Part shown: positions 30,346 through 40,765 of the stretch, piece by piece
Layout of the letters: each line of letters begins with the position of its first letter
Numbering within the stretch: position 1 is the stretch's first letter
Assembly (NCBI GenBank): GCA_949292785.1
Contig: CASFBK010000006.1
Location: forward strand, 220,250-284,249
Length of the DNA stretch: 64,000 nucleotides
Source of the DNA: an uncultured Eubacteriales bacterium
GTDB lineage: Bacteria; Bacillota; Clostridia; Lachnospirales; Lachnospiraceae
Direction: 5' to 3'
The notes under the pieces: generated by a model
Database searches by the model: none
What the model was told of the DNA's origin: nothing
Seen by the model: the letters and a program-made list of their open reading frames with translations, nothing else
Position numbers and translations under genes: made by a program

Positions 30346-30470
30346 TATATTCAACTCAAAATATGAGTTGAATATGTATAAAAAGCGGGGTTTTAGGGGC
30401 AGCCCCTAACCAAGGGCATGAGACGTCTCTCATGCGTATCTGGCAAATTCCCATCGGGAATTTGGGCAGG
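30346..30470. other. Putative oriT region: cluster of inverted repeats upstream of mobC/relaxase
   Basis: ATATTCAACTCA/TGAGTTGAATAT, TTAGGGGC-A-GCCCCTAA, GCATGAGA/TCTCATGC, CAAATTCCC/GGGAATTTG. Confidence 0.6.
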
Positions 30471-30509
30471 GCGGGAATGTGGGAAAAATCAGGGGACAGT
30501 TAAAAGGAG

Positions 30510-31379
30510 GTGGTGGCAGTGGTTGTCATAGATGCAAACAAAGAAGATATGGAGGAAGTGGAAATCAAGGGGCATATGGCACTTTTTACGGAGCTTCGTG
30601 TGGATAAAAGCACACTTCCGGATGGCGTGAACTGCTATGAGCTGCGGCATGGGGATGATGACAGTTACCCGGCAGAACTGGAGGAGAATGTCAGGGTAAA
30701 CTACTTTGGAGCAGTACTTATGACAGATAAGATGGAACTGGATAAAGAAGGCAGGGTGGCATTATCCTTTGATGATTTCGGATTTTCCGGTGAGGAGCTT
30801 TCCATGACGGAATATCTGGCAAATTATGGAGAAGAACCGGATGATTTATCTGTTGTGGCGAATCTGGTCAGCTTTGCCGAAAACGATTTAAACTTTCCGA
30901 TAACCGAACAAGAGGCAGATAAACTCTTAGGTTATTTGGAAGGGCATGAATTTCTGCTGGGGAAAAAAGAAGGAAAGCTGTTTCAGGGAGATTTGGGTTA
31001 TGAATATGGAAAAGTACGGTGGAGAGAAGTTTCCATAGATTATGTAGTCAATCGTGTTGCAGAATGGAACTATGAATTTCTTGAGTCTGCAAAATCAGAA
31101 ATGGAATATGCTGATTCTTCAGCTTATGCAGAAATGAAAGAATATTATGATACCTTATGTGGGGATGAAAAAATTCTGGATGAACTGTTTGACCGCACAA
31201 TATATGGGAAAGAACTAAATAATTTGGCAGAAAAAATAGCATTGGATTTTATTCAGAATATGCAGTTACCGGAAGGGATTGACGTAGCAATTCAGCGTAT
31301 GACGGAAGAAATTGCAGCCGGGAAAGACCTTTTACCGGAGGTTTCCCCGGAATTAAAGCAGAGTGGAAAGGCAAGGTGA
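30510..31379 (+). CDS. Hypothetical protein with N-terminal LPD28-like domain
   Basis: ALFTELRVDKSTLPDGVNCYELRHGDDD...VNYFG resembles large-polyvalent-protein domain 28. Confidence 0.6.
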   Translation: MVAVVVIDANKEDMEEVEIKGHMALFTELRVDKSTLPDGVNCYELRHGDDDSYPAELEENVRVNYFGAVLMTDKMELDKEGRVALSFDDFGFSGEELSMTEYLANYGEEPDDLSVVANLVSFAENDLNFPITEQEADKLLGYLEGHEFLLGKKEGKLFQGDLGYEYGKVRWREVSIDYVVNRVAEWNYEFLESAKSEMEYADSSAYAEMKEYYDTLCGDEKILDELFDRTIYGKELNNLAEKIALDFIQNMQLPEGIDVAIQRMTEEIAAGKDLLPEVSPELKQSGKAR

Positions 31380-31384
31380 TCTAA

Positions 31385-31717
31385 ATGGCAGACAGTATTC
31401 ACTGTGTAAAAAAAACGCTGCGGCTCATGCCAAAGGAAGCACAGCAGCTTTCGGAAAAAGCAAAGGAAGCGGGGATGTGCGAAGCGGATTACCTGCGGCT
31501 TCTAATCACACAAAAGCCGAATGATTACCCTGAAATCCGTATTCTTCTGCGTGAGTTAATCAATGAGGTAAATGCCATAGGGAACAATATCAACCAGATT
31601 ACGAGAAACCACAACTCAAAGCTGTACCGGAGTGAGGACAGGGAGCTTTTAACCGCTTATATGAAAAAACTGAACCTGTTAGTAAAGGAGGCGGTGGAAC
31701 AGATTGGCAATCAGTAA
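31385..31717 (+). CDS. mobC: Relaxosome accessory protein MobC
   Basis: RHH-like LRLMPKE...EADYLR; INAIGNNINQI motif; overlaps the relaxase start. Confidence 0.88.
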   Translation: MADSIHCVKKTLRLMPKEAQQLSEKAKEAGMCEADYLRLLITQKPNDYPEIRILLRELINEVNAIGNNINQITRNHNSKLYRSEDRELLTAYMKKLNLLVKEAVEQIGNQ

Positions 31718-33176
31718 AATACTCTATATTGGTGACTGCGGCTCCGGTTATGCAGGCAAACATTTAAAGCAGGCTTTGGACTATATCATGGAGGAACACA
31801 AAACCGGACGGGGGAAGTGGGTGGGTTCCTTAAACTGCCAGAAAGACAATGCCTATGAACAGATGCGGCAGACAAAGGTGCAGTTTGGCAAAACAGACCA
31901 GAGGCAGGGGTATCATATGATTATTTCCTTTGTGGAAGGGGAGGTGGAAGCACAGACCGCTTTTGAAATCATCGGAAGGTTTGCGAAGGAATATTTAGGG
32001 CAGGATTATGAAGCACTGTATTCGGTTCATGACAATACCGAACATGTGCATGGGCATATCCTGTTTAACAGTGTGAGCTTCCGTACCGGGAAAAAATACC
32101 GTTATGAAAAAGGGGACTGGGCAAAGAAGATACAACCCATTACCAACCGTCTGTGTGAGGAGTATGGTCTGTCTACCATTGAAATTTCTGAGGACCGGGC
32201 AAGACCTTCCGAGAATTACAGGGAATGGAATGATTTTCGTGACGGGAAATATGTCTGGTCGGATATGATAAAGCGGGATATAGATGCCTGCATTTTACAG
32301 GCGGCAACCTATGAATCCTTTTTATCCATGCTGTCTGAAATGGGGTATGTGATAAAAAATGCCCGCAGGGAAGAAGGAAAGCACCTTGCCATTAAGCCGA
32401 TGGGCATGACAAGGTTTAGGCGGTGCAAAAGTCTGGGAGAGGATTACACAGAGGAACGCATCCGGGAAAGGATACAGACAGAGAACCTTTCCGCCTACCG
32501 GAGCATGGTAAAGGAACAGGAGCCAAAGATTGTCCGATGCAGGGTAAAACGCTATAAAAGGGCAAAGCTCTCAGGAATACAGAAAAAATATTTTGCAAGG
32601 CTTTACCGTCTGGGACTTTTGAAAAAACGTCCATACAGTCAGGCATGGAAATATCGTGATGAAATACGCAAAATGCAGAAGCTACAGGAGGATTATCTTT
32701 TCCTTGTCAGGCATGACATAAAAACAGCGGCGGGTGTGGCGGTCATTGCGGAAAGCATGACGGATAAAAAGAAGGAAACTTCAAGGGAAAAGAGCCGCAT
32801 TTATAAGGAGCGTGCCAAAATGAAAACGCTTTTTGATACCGCCGCAGAGCTTACAGGGCTGCGTGAAATGGAGCATTGTTACCAGCGGGGCGAAGGGTTG
32901 TTTGAAAAAGAGCATGAAAGATATGTGGAACTGACAAAGCGGCTGAACAAAGAGGGATATTCTGTGGAGCAACTGGAAGATTTTAAGCTGCACTATAAAA
33001 ATGAGATTGTAAGGATCAGGGAGCAGGAAAAGGCAGTAGCAAAAGAAAAGCGGATTGCGGAACGGATTCTGTCAGAGCTTAGAAAGCCGGATACCGGAGT
33101 GGAGATGGAAAAAAAGCAGGAATACGGAAAAGAAGAAAACAGAAAAGTGGAACAGAGCAGACAGCCGGTAAAGTAA
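31704..33176 (+). CDS. MOBP-type relaxase
   Basis: ALDYI; GYHMIISF; HDNTEHVHGHILFNSV (HUH/3H). Confidence 0.92.
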   Translation: MAISKILYIGDCGSGYAGKHLKQALDYIMEEHKTGRGKWVGSLNCQKDNAYEQMRQTKVQFGKTDQRQGYHMIISFVEGEVEAQTAFEIIGRFAKEYLGQDYEALYSVHDNTEHVHGHILFNSVSFRTGKKYRYEKGDWAKKIQPITNRLCEEYGLSTIEISEDRARPSENYREWNDFRDGKYVWSDMIKRDIDACILQAATYESFLSMLSEMGYVIKNARREEGKHLAIKPMGMTRFRRCKSLGEDYTEERIRERIQTENLSAYRSMVKEQEPKIVRCRVKRYKRAKLSGIQKKYFARLYRLGLLKKRPYSQAWKYRDEIRKMQKLQEDYLFLVRHDIKTAAGVAVIAESMTDKKKETSREKSRIYKERAKMKTLFDTAAELTGLREMEHCYQRGEGLFEKEHERYVELTKRLNKEGYSVEQLEDFKLHYKNEIVRIREQEKAVAKEKRIAERILSELRKPDTGVEMEKKQEYGKEENRKVEQSRQPVK

Positions 33177-33190
33177 GGCTGTTTTTTTTT
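33161..33190 (+). terminator. Terminator after the relaxase
   Basis: ACAGCC...GGCTGT followed by a T-run. Confidence 0.6.
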
Positions 33191-33232
33191 GTACGGATTT
33201 TTGGCATATCAGATTGCCGGAAGGAGGAACAG

Positions 33233-34384
33233 ATGCAGGAGAGAGAAAAAATGAGCAGCATTGATTTAAAAGCCTATATGAACAACCTGCGGAAAAATCC
33301 AAAGTTTACGGAGGAAATGCTGAAACTTGTGGAAGCAGATCTGCAATACGGACTTACCATTGCGGAGACGGAAATGTATACCGCAAAGAGGCTTGATTAT
33401 GCACAGATGAAGGTATATTCCGCCTGTCTTAGAAACGGATACCCGGAAAATGTCAGGGAATGTATCACAAAGGAAGGACTGACCGGGGAGCAGATGGCGG
33501 TTGCCCTTGAGTTTTATGAAAAGGGTGTACCCATCGAGACAGTGGAGGAGATAACAGGGAACAGCGGGCAGACTGCATTTGCCATGAAAAAGCTGTTTCA
33601 GAATGTTATTGCAAAGCTTCAGGAAGCCGGGAAAGCGGCACAGGCACAGGAAGGCTATGCAAAGGAACTGTTAGAGCAGATAAAATCCGTTGTGGAAAAA
33701 ATTGAATTTCAGGAGAAACGCTATGATGCCTTAAATGAAAAGCTCAAAGAGATACAGACTGCCGGACAGGATGCAAAGGTGCAGAGTAATCTCCTGGCAC
33801 AGCTTTCGGAAAAGGACGGGATGCTGGAAAAGCAGCAGAATGAGTTAAATGAGGCAAGAGTGACGATTGCAAGGTTAAGGAATGAGATGGATGGAATAAA
33901 GAAGGAGAGAGATAACTTGGAAAAACGCATGGAAGAAATGGAAAAGAGCAAAGCAGCACAGGAAATCCGTACAGCACAAGGAAAACCGGTGACAGAAAAA
34001 AAGAAAGAGAGTCTGCCGGAGGAAAAACAGGAAAGAGCTGACTATCCGGCGCTGCCAAATGCTTCTTATCATCTGGCGGTGATGGAAGGGAACGGAAAGG
34101 TGGTATCCTTTGTCCCGGTGGAACGCATGGAGCGTAAAAAGGAGAGCCATACGGTTTCGGCACTTTTTTCCAGATTTGCCTTTAGAAAAAAGCTGGATAT
34201 TGTAAAGCTGGTTGCGGAAAAAGACCTTGAACCGAAACAGCTCATGCAGGTCAGAAGTGCCATAGAAAAAGGTTTGTCGGAGGAGCAGCTTTTAGTGCTG
34301 ATCAATAAGCAGATACCCGCAGAACAGATGGAAGAAATCATTAACATTGCTGTGTACGAGAACAGACAGAAGCAGGAGGGATAG
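33233..34384 (+). CDS. Coiled-coil ICE hypothetical protein
   Basis: GGAGG RBS; 383-aa ORF with long heptad region. Confidence 0.7.
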   Translation: MQEREKMSSIDLKAYMNNLRKNPKFTEEMLKLVEADLQYGLTIAETEMYTAKRLDYAQMKVYSACLRNGYPENVRECITKEGLTGEQMAVALEFYEKGVPIETVEEITGNSGQTAFAMKKLFQNVIAKLQEAGKAAQAQEGYAKELLEQIKSVVEKIEFQEKRYDALNEKLKEIQTAGQDAKVQSNLLAQLSEKDGMLEKQQNELNEARVTIARLRNEMDGIKKERDNLEKRMEEMEKSKAAQEIRTAQGKPVTEKKKESLPEEKQERADYPALPNASYHLAVMEGNGKVVSFVPVERMERKKESHTVSALFSRFAFRKKLDIVKLVAEKDLEPKQLMQVRSAIEKGLSEEQLLVLINKQIPAEQMEEIINIAVYENRQKQEG

Positions 34385-34387
34385 CCG

Positions 34388-34789
34388 ATGGGGTTGGTTG
34401 CAATAGCAGAAACAGCCGAGCTGATAGGCAGTAAGCAGGCGGCACTGTCTGTAACAGACAAGGAGTTTGTACTCCAGTTTGCCTTTTCCACAGGAGATAA
34501 GGAACTTACGAATAAGTTAATTGACGAGCTGATAGAGGAGGATGCGGATAAGTGGGCTGTGTTACAGAAATACAGTGTGCTGATGGAACCTCAGCCGGAC
34601 TGGATCAGAAAAATTGAAAATCTGCTGGTGGCATTGGAAATGTACCGTATGCAGGAGGAAAAGGCAATACAGAGTTTGTCAGAGCTTCTTGCAGCCTTTG
34701 GTGTTGATCTGACGGTGGATGAGCTGAAGGAGATGCCGGCGGATAAGGTCAGGGAGCAGCTTGGGAAAAAAGAAGCATTGATAAGATGA
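34388..34789 (+). CDS. Hypothetical ICE protein
   Basis: GGAGGG RBS; fits the operon. Confidence 0.65.
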   Translation: MGLVAIAETAELIGSKQAALSVTDKEFVLQFAFSTGDKELTNKLIDELIEEDADKWAVLQKYSVLMEPQPDWIRKIENLLVALEMYRMQEEKAIQSLSELLAAFGVDLTVDELKEMPADKVREQLGKKEALIR

Positions 34790-34802
34790 AAGGGGGATAC
34801 GA

Positions 34803-35924
34803 ATGTCAGAGGAAATACAGCAGGCGGTGCAGATTATCCGGGTAGGATATGACGGGATTGAAATCGCCATGAAGATTGGAAGCGGCACAATCGAGCAGAT
34901 GAAAAAGACAATCGACTTTCTGATTGCCATTCTTGACCATGAAAAAACAATGGGCAGGACGGATATGCGGAAGCTCTTAATGAAGGGCGGGGATTTGCAG
35001 GTGCTTCAGTTTGCCACAGAGGATATGAAGCAGGTGGAGAAAATGGCAAAGAAATATGGTTTACTGTATTCAGTGCTGCCGGACATTAACAAAAAGGATG
35101 GTATGAGCGAGATTATCTTCCATACGGAAGCGGTGCCGAGAGTAAACATGATGATACAGAAGCTAAAGTCAGGCAGGATTGCCACCTTTGATGATTACCT
35201 GAAAAACGGTGATGAAAAGGAAATGGAAAAGGTCATGTCGTTTCTGAAAAAACAAAAGCAGGGAAACGATAGCCTCCACACAGCGGAAGCGGAAAGAGCC
35301 GGGGAAGCCTTAGAGGGGCTTATGGAAAAGGTCGGGTTGTATGCAATGGAGAAGCAGTCCGTCAGTGTGGAGGATATAAAGGAAAATTTCCATATCGAAA
35401 AGGAGCAGGCAAAACAGGTAGTGGGGCAGCTTGAAAAAATCGGTGTGCTGTCCGGGGAGGATAACGGTCTGCACAAGGTCATAATGGATAAGGATGCCTT
35501 TCTTAACCGTATCAGAAGCTATAAGGAACTGGCACAGCGTATGCAGACCATCGCCGCAGCCCAGGATAAGAACCTTGTGGATATTACCATTACAAAGAAG
35601 CTGATTATGGAGGAAAACGACCATGCGGTAAAAACCAGAATACCGGGTATGTGGGGAGAAAACGCAAGGTATCTGTGGATTAACAAGGATCATGCAATGG
35701 ATATACACGATGGAAAGACTATCCTTACTTTCCTTGACAGTGATAAGGACTATAAGCTGTATTCTGCGGATAACAGGGTGGTCGGCACCATGAAGGGGAA
35801 GGATTTGTACGAAGGACATTATGACAGTGTTGCGGCAGAGGTTAGAAGGCGGTACAAAGAGGCAGAGAAGAAAGCGGCTGCCATGAACAGGGCAAAGAAA
35901 GCTCCCGTACCGAAAAAGAGGTAG
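34803..35924 (+). CDS. pcfB: PcfB/DUF3801-family protein
   Basis: GYDGIEIAMKIG, AKKYGLLYSVL, EIIFH; lies before virD4. Confidence 0.7.
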   Translation: MSEEIQQAVQIIRVGYDGIEIAMKIGSGTIEQMKKTIDFLIAILDHEKTMGRTDMRKLLMKGGDLQVLQFATEDMKQVEKMAKKYGLLYSVLPDINKKDGMSEIIFHTEAVPRVNMMIQKLKSGRIATFDDYLKNGDEKEMEKVMSFLKKQKQGNDSLHTAEAERAGEALEGLMEKVGLYAMEKQSVSVEDIKENFHIEKEQAKQVVGQLEKIGVLSGEDNGLHKVIMDKDAFLNRIRSYKELAQRMQTIAAAQDKNLVDITITKKLIMEENDHAVKTRIPGMWGENARYLWINKDHAMDIHDGKTILTFLDSDKDYKLYSADNRVVGTMKGKDLYEGHYDSVAAEVRRRYKEAEKKAAAMNRAKKAPVPKKR

Positions 35925-35930
35925 CTGCCT

Positions 35931-38138
35931 ATGGTCCCTAAGAAGAAAAAATTATCCCTGTGGTTTGTGGTGATTGGAGCCATCCTTTCCGGCTATGCGG
36001 GGTATCTGTTAAACGGGGCATGGGAGCCGGGAGGGGATGTCAATTCCTTTCTGGAGTCCTTTAACCGGGTGTGTGCGGCGCCCTTTGGAAATTATTATAA
36101 TGAGAGAACAGTAAAAGCGATAGTCATTGCCTTAATGGTATATATGACCGCTTTACTTATGTATGCCACAAGCCAGAGAAATTTCCTGCCGGGCAAGGAG
36201 TTTGGTACAGCAAGGTTTGAATCCCCGCAGTTTGCCAATAAAATCCTTATGGACAAGGATGAGAATTTCAACCGGATATTAAGCCAGAACGTGAAAATGT
36301 CGCTGGATTTCAGGCGGTTAAAGCTGAATGGCAATATTTTAATCTGCGGCGGTTCGGGAGCCGGAAAGACCTTTTATGAGGTAAAGCCAAATTTAATGCA
36401 GATGCCCCATAACTGCTCTTTTATCTGTACCGATCCAAAGGGGGAAATACTCAGAAGCTGCGGACAGATGTTAAAGGACAACGGGTACAATGTCAAGGTC
36501 ATCAACCTGCTGGAGATGGAAAAGTCGGACTGCTACAATCCCTTTTCCTATCTGCGGGAGGAAACTGACATTGTAAAGCTGATAACCAACCTGATTTCCA
36601 ACACCACGCCAAAGGGGGCAACCCCTTCCGATCCCTTTTGGGAAAAGGCGGAAGGCTTGTTCTTACAGGCAATCTTTTACTATGTGTGGCTGGAGGAACC
36701 GCCTGCCAGAAGAAATTTTGAAACCGTCTTACAGCTTTTAGGGGAGGCAGAGGTGACGGAGCAGAACAACCCCTCCAGGCTGGACGTCCGCATGAAATTT
36801 TTGGAGGAAACTTCCCCGCTTGGTTCGGCACACCCGGCTGTCAAGCAGTACAACAAGTGTATGCGTGGTGCAGGTGATACGGTCCGTTCCATTATCATAT
36901 CGGCAAACTCAAGGCTTGCCTTTCTGGAGAATAAGCAGGTACTCCGTATGCTGTCAAAGGATGATTTAAACCTTGCAGAGCTTGGCATTGGGGTAAACGG
37001 GGACGGGGAGACAAAGACAGCGCTGTTCTGTGTCATACCGGACAGCGACAAATCCTACAACTTTATCATCGGTATGCTCTACACACAGATTTTTCAGGAG
37101 CTTTATTATCAGGCGGACTTTAACTGCGGCGGCAGGCTGCCAATCCATGTGACCTTTATGTTGGATGAGTTTGCAAACGTCGCACTGCCGGATGATTACT
37201 GTTCCCTGCTTTCCACCATGCGAAGCAGGGAGATTTCCAGTATAATCATTATCCAGAATTTCGCACAGTTAAAGGCTCTGTTTAAGGATACCTGGGAAAC
37301 CATACCCGGCAACTGCGATACCTTTATCTATCTTGGCGGCAACGAGCAGTCAACGCATAAGTATGTTTCCGAACTGCTGGGCAAAGGCACCATTGATAAA
37401 AAATCAAGCGGGGAAACGAAAGGCAGACAGGGAAGCTCAAGCCGCAATTATGATGTGCTGGGCAGGGAACTGTTTACACCGGATGAGGTAAGAAAGCTGG
37501 ACAATAAGAAGTGCCTTATCTTTATTCGTGGTTTTGATCCGATTATGGACAATAAATATGTTCCGTTCCGGCATCCGGCATTTTCCCAGACCGCAGACGG
37601 AAAAGGAAAGCCATATGTTCATGCTCCTTCCGGTCAGAAAGGGAAAACCGACGAGCCATACCGGATACTGTCACCCAAAGCATTAGCCTATTATGAGGGG
37701 TTGAAGGAAAAGGGGGAAAATGTGTATATTGATACCCTTTCCTATGAGGAGTTTGGTGTGCTGACAGAGCTGGATATGAGAAAGCGGTTTTTAAGCCTTG
37801 ATGAAAAAGAACAGAGGGAAAAGCTGCACCGGGAGGAAGAAAATGAATTGCAGTATGCACCGGAGGCAGACGAAGCAGGCGGGGAGCAGGACGCCAAACC
37901 TTCCGGCTCCGTATCAGGCGGCGGCAGACAAAAGCGGCAGCTTGTGGGCGAAGATACCATTATGAACCGTATGGCACAGTGGCAGTATTCCAAAGAGCAG
38001 AAAGAGGAGCTTCATAAGATGATGGCTCTTGGCATGACAAAGGCAGAAATACTTGCCATCTTCTACCCGGAAACAGATGTGGCGAAAATGCGGGAAATCA
38101 GGCGGACTTACCGGACAATTAAAAACAGGAAAGGTTAA
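35931..38138 (+). CDS. virD4: Type IV coupling protein VirD4/TraG
   Basis: GGSGAGKT, TDPKGE, MLDEFAN, IIQNFAQL, PDEVRKLD. Confidence 0.95.
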   Translation: MVPKKKKLSLWFVVIGAILSGYAGYLLNGAWEPGGDVNSFLESFNRVCAAPFGNYYNERTVKAIVIALMVYMTALLMYATSQRNFLPGKEFGTARFESPQFANKILMDKDENFNRILSQNVKMSLDFRRLKLNGNILICGGSGAGKTFYEVKPNLMQMPHNCSFICTDPKGEILRSCGQMLKDNGYNVKVINLLEMEKSDCYNPFSYLREETDIVKLITNLISNTTPKGATPSDPFWEKAEGLFLQAIFYYVWLEEPPARRNFETVLQLLGEAEVTEQNNPSRLDVRMKFLEETSPLGSAHPAVKQYNKCMRGAGDTVRSIIISANSRLAFLENKQVLRMLSKDDLNLAELGIGVNGDGETKTALFCVIPDSDKSYNFIIGMLYTQIFQELYYQADFNCGGRLPIHVTFMLDEFANVALPDDYCSLLSTMRSREISSIIIIQNFAQLKALFKDTWETIPGNCDTFIYLGGNEQSTHKYVSELLGKGTIDKKSSGETKGRQGSSSRNYDVLGRELFTPDEVRKLDNKKCLIFIRGFDPIMDNKYVPFRHPAFSQTADGKGKPYVHAPSGQKGKTDEPYRILSPKALAYYEGLKEKGENVYIDTLSYEEFGVLTELDMRKRFLSLDEKEQREKLHREEENELQYAPEADEAGGEQDAKPSGSVSGGGRQKRQLVGEDTIMNRMAQWQYSKEQKEELHKMMALGMTKAEILAIFYPETDVAKMREIRRTYRTIKNRKG

Positions 38139-38142
38139 AGGT

Positions 38143-38168
38143 TCAGGCTGTATGCAGTCTGATTTTTT
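38143..38168 (+). terminator. Terminator after virD4
   Basis: TCAGGCTG-tatg-CAGTCTGA-TTTTTT. Confidence 0.65.
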
Positions 38169-38378
38169 ATGCCCAAAAGGAGGTGGTTAAGGCACAAACG
38201 CACCGGGGAAAGCCCGGTTTTCCTTCATAACGGGTATATCCCGATTTCATAGATAGCAGATAACAGGCAGTAAGGAATGTTTACCATTCCATTCGGAGAG
38301 TAAGCCGGATTGGAGTGGATACATTCCTTTCCGCTTTTTCTCCGTCTTTTGCCAGAAAAGAAAAGGAGAGAAAAATTT

Positions 38379-38738
38379 ATGCGTAAAAATGAAATTTCAG
38401 CAGTAAACGGAAACAAGGTCAGAGGTCTTGGCAGGGGAAAAAGAATCCTTTCCTGCGTGTGCGGTGCGGCATATATGGCACTGAATGCGATGCCGATGAC
38501 GGTCATGGCAGCATCGGCAGGAACCAGCGCCATCACACAGCCCCTTGATAACTTAAAAACCCTTGTGATTGCCATTATCGGTGCAGTAGGTGTGATTATC
38601 CTTGCAAAAAATGTCATGGAGTTTGCCCAGGCGTACCAGCAGCAGGACTCCTCCACCATGAACTCTGCCTTAAAGGGAATTGTAGCCGGAATCATGATGG
38701 CAGGTATCTCTACGGTCTTAACCTTTCTCGGTTTCTAA
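38379..38738 (+). CDS. VirB2-like pilin / T4SS membrane subunit
   Basis: Signal-like N-terminus (MPMTVMA^AS) and two hydrophobic helices; position between virD4 and the virB6-like gene. Confidence 0.65.
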   Translation: MRKNEISAVNGNKVRGLGRGKRILSCVCGAAYMALNAMPMTVMAASAGTSAITQPLDNLKTLVIAIIGAVGVIILAKNVMEFAQAYQQQDSSTMNSALKGIVAGIMMAGISTVLTFLGF

Positions 38739-38815
38739 GAGAAATGACAGGAAAAAACGAGGGGACAGCAGGAAACATGTTGTCCTCTTAACCGAAGGAA
38801 AGAGGTGAAGATCAG

Positions 38816-39658
38816 GTGGATATTTTTAAACTGGGGGATAAGATACTTGCCCTTCTGGAGATGGTATTCGGTTTCTGGAATAACCAGGTCAGTCTGGTAT
38901 TTTCCATGCTTGGGCAGTCCCCTGTGAATTTCAAGGGCGGAGGTCCCTGGCAGGTTGTGGAGCGCATTGAACCGATTTTTGTCGGTGTGGGTTCTTCCCT
39001 TGTGGTGCTGTTCTTTGTAATCGGCTTCTGTTCGGAGAGTGTGGACGTCCGGGAGGAAATGCGTTTTGAGGTAATCCTGCGTATGCTGATAAGGCTTGGA
39101 CTTGCGGAATGGCTGGTGGCAAACAATGTGACGATTATGAAAGCGTTTTTCAATACCATAGGAAATCTGGTGAACGCTTTATCTGCGGGGCAGTATACCA
39201 CGCTTACCATTGACAGCGCGCAGGCTGATGTAATCAAAGGGCTTGGTTTTGGGGAAAGCCTGATTATGCTGATACTGGCTGCCCTTCTTAGTGTCATTGT
39301 CATAATCTGCGGCTTCTTTATGATTTATACGGTCTATTTCCGTTTCCTGAAGCTGATGGTTATTGTGCCTATCGGTTCCATTGCCTTTTCCACGATGGCG
39401 GGCAACCGGAATGTGGCTCATACGGCAAGCACCTATGCAAAATATTTTCTGTCGGTGGTGTTCGAGGCGGTGACAATGGCTCTTGCCATTATTATCTGTA
39501 ATGCCTTTATCAGTGCGGGACTTCCGTCTTTTACCGGAAATTATGCAGACTGGGCGAAAACCCTTATTTATCTGTGTGAAATGACATTTACCATTGCACT
39601 GACGGTAGGAAGCGTGAAAGGCGCACAGTCACTGACCAGCAAGGCACTTGGATTATAG
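38816..39658 (+). CDS. VirB6-like multi-pass T4SS membrane protein
   Basis: Several TM helices; VYFRFLKLMVIVPIGSIAFS; VKGAQSL. Confidence 0.75.
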   Translation: MDIFKLGDKILALLEMVFGFWNNQVSLVFSMLGQSPVNFKGGGPWQVVERIEPIFVGVGSSLVVLFFVIGFCSESVDVREEMRFEVILRMLIRLGLAEWLVANNVTIMKAFFNTIGNLVNALSAGQYTTLTIDSAQADVIKGLGFGESLIMLILAALLSVIVIICGFFMIYTVYFRFLKLMVIVPIGSIAFSTMAGNRNVAHTASTYAKYFLSVVFEAVTMALAIIICNAFISAGLPSFTGNYADWAKTLIYLCEMTFTIALTVGSVKGAQSLTSKALGL

Positions 39659-39667
39659 GAGGGAAAT

Positions 39668-40753
39668 ATGGAAATCAGACCATTAACAGAAGCAGAACGG
39701 AAATACACCTATACACAGAGTATGCAGATACAGGGGCAGACCGGGTGTATCGGACATTTAAGAGGAGATTTTGACCGGAATGGGAACGGTTTTTTCACTT
39801 CATGGAATGACCATAGAAAAGAATATAAGACGGATGCGTTCAAGACAGAACTGGATAAGGTCATCAATGCCCTTCGTTCAGAGGAATACGGACTTTTGCA
39901 GAACCGTTCCGGTATGCGGAAATATGCAGGAGAGTATCCGGAAAGCGCCTTTGAAGGAAATTACTGTACGGAGTATGGATTTCGTGCAGACTCAGGCAGC
40001 CATTCATTTTTGATACGGTGCAATCCCACCCCGGGAGATTATAACTTTTACTGCTATTGCTATGTGACGGAGTGGTTCAATCAGCATCTTCGTAACGCCG
40101 AAAAGGGTATCCGTTTCATTGACAGCAGATATAACGAGCTTTTCAGGATAGCGGACGGGGAGAAGATTGTAATCACAGACCTGTCAGGCAGAAAAGAGGA
40201 ACGGATTTGCAGGTACATTGATGAGTACCACACAGAAATCGGAAATCATCTGTACCATATCTGCCAGTTTGCAGAGATTATGGAGCGAAACGGTGCAGTA
40301 TATGAACCGGCAGAGCGTGAGGAGCCGACAAAGGAAAAAGCAGTGCCGGAGGCTGGTGGCAGCTTGCTGACCTACCATTCGGAGTATGGCGGGGATTCCG
40401 CTGTCTGTCTGGATATTCAGCAGTATGCAGACAACGGAAGGATTGCGGTTCAGCTTATCACAGAGGAGGAAGGGTATCCGGAGTCATTTGGCAGCCTTAC
40501 GGTCAATATTGATGCCCCGGCACCGGCTTACTGTGGTTATCTGGATACAAATAACCTTGCCAATGCAGAAAAGTTTGTAACGGAGAACGGACTTGGAGAA
40601 TTTACGGGACTGACGGGAAGAAGCGGTTTTTGTGAATATCCCCTTTATCTGTTTGATGTTGACAGGCTCAGAGAGCTTTGCCCCAAACAGATGGCAGCCT
40701 ATGAGCATAACATCGGCTGGGATGCAAAAAAGACGGACGGAAAAAAGAGATAG
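39668..40753 (+). CDS. Two-domain hypothetical protein with DUF4313-like C-terminus
   Basis: C-terminal LTVNI...YLDTNN...GLGEFTG...SGFCEYPLYLFD. Confidence 0.6.
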   Translation: MEIRPLTEAERKYTYTQSMQIQGQTGCIGHLRGDFDRNGNGFFTSWNDHRKEYKTDAFKTELDKVINALRSEEYGLLQNRSGMRKYAGEYPESAFEGNYCTEYGFRADSGSHSFLIRCNPTPGDYNFYCYCYVTEWFNQHLRNAEKGIRFIDSRYNELFRIADGEKIVITDLSGRKEERICRYIDEYHTEIGNHLYHICQFAEIMERNGAVYEPAEREEPTKEKAVPEAGGSLLTYHSEYGGDSAVCLDIQQYADNGRIAVQLITEEEGYPESFGSLTVNIDAPAPAYCGYLDTNNLANAEKFVTENGLGEFTGLTGRSGFCEYPLYLFDVDRLRELCPKQMAAYEHNIGWDAKKTDGKKR

Positions 40754-40765
40754 GAGGGAATCACA

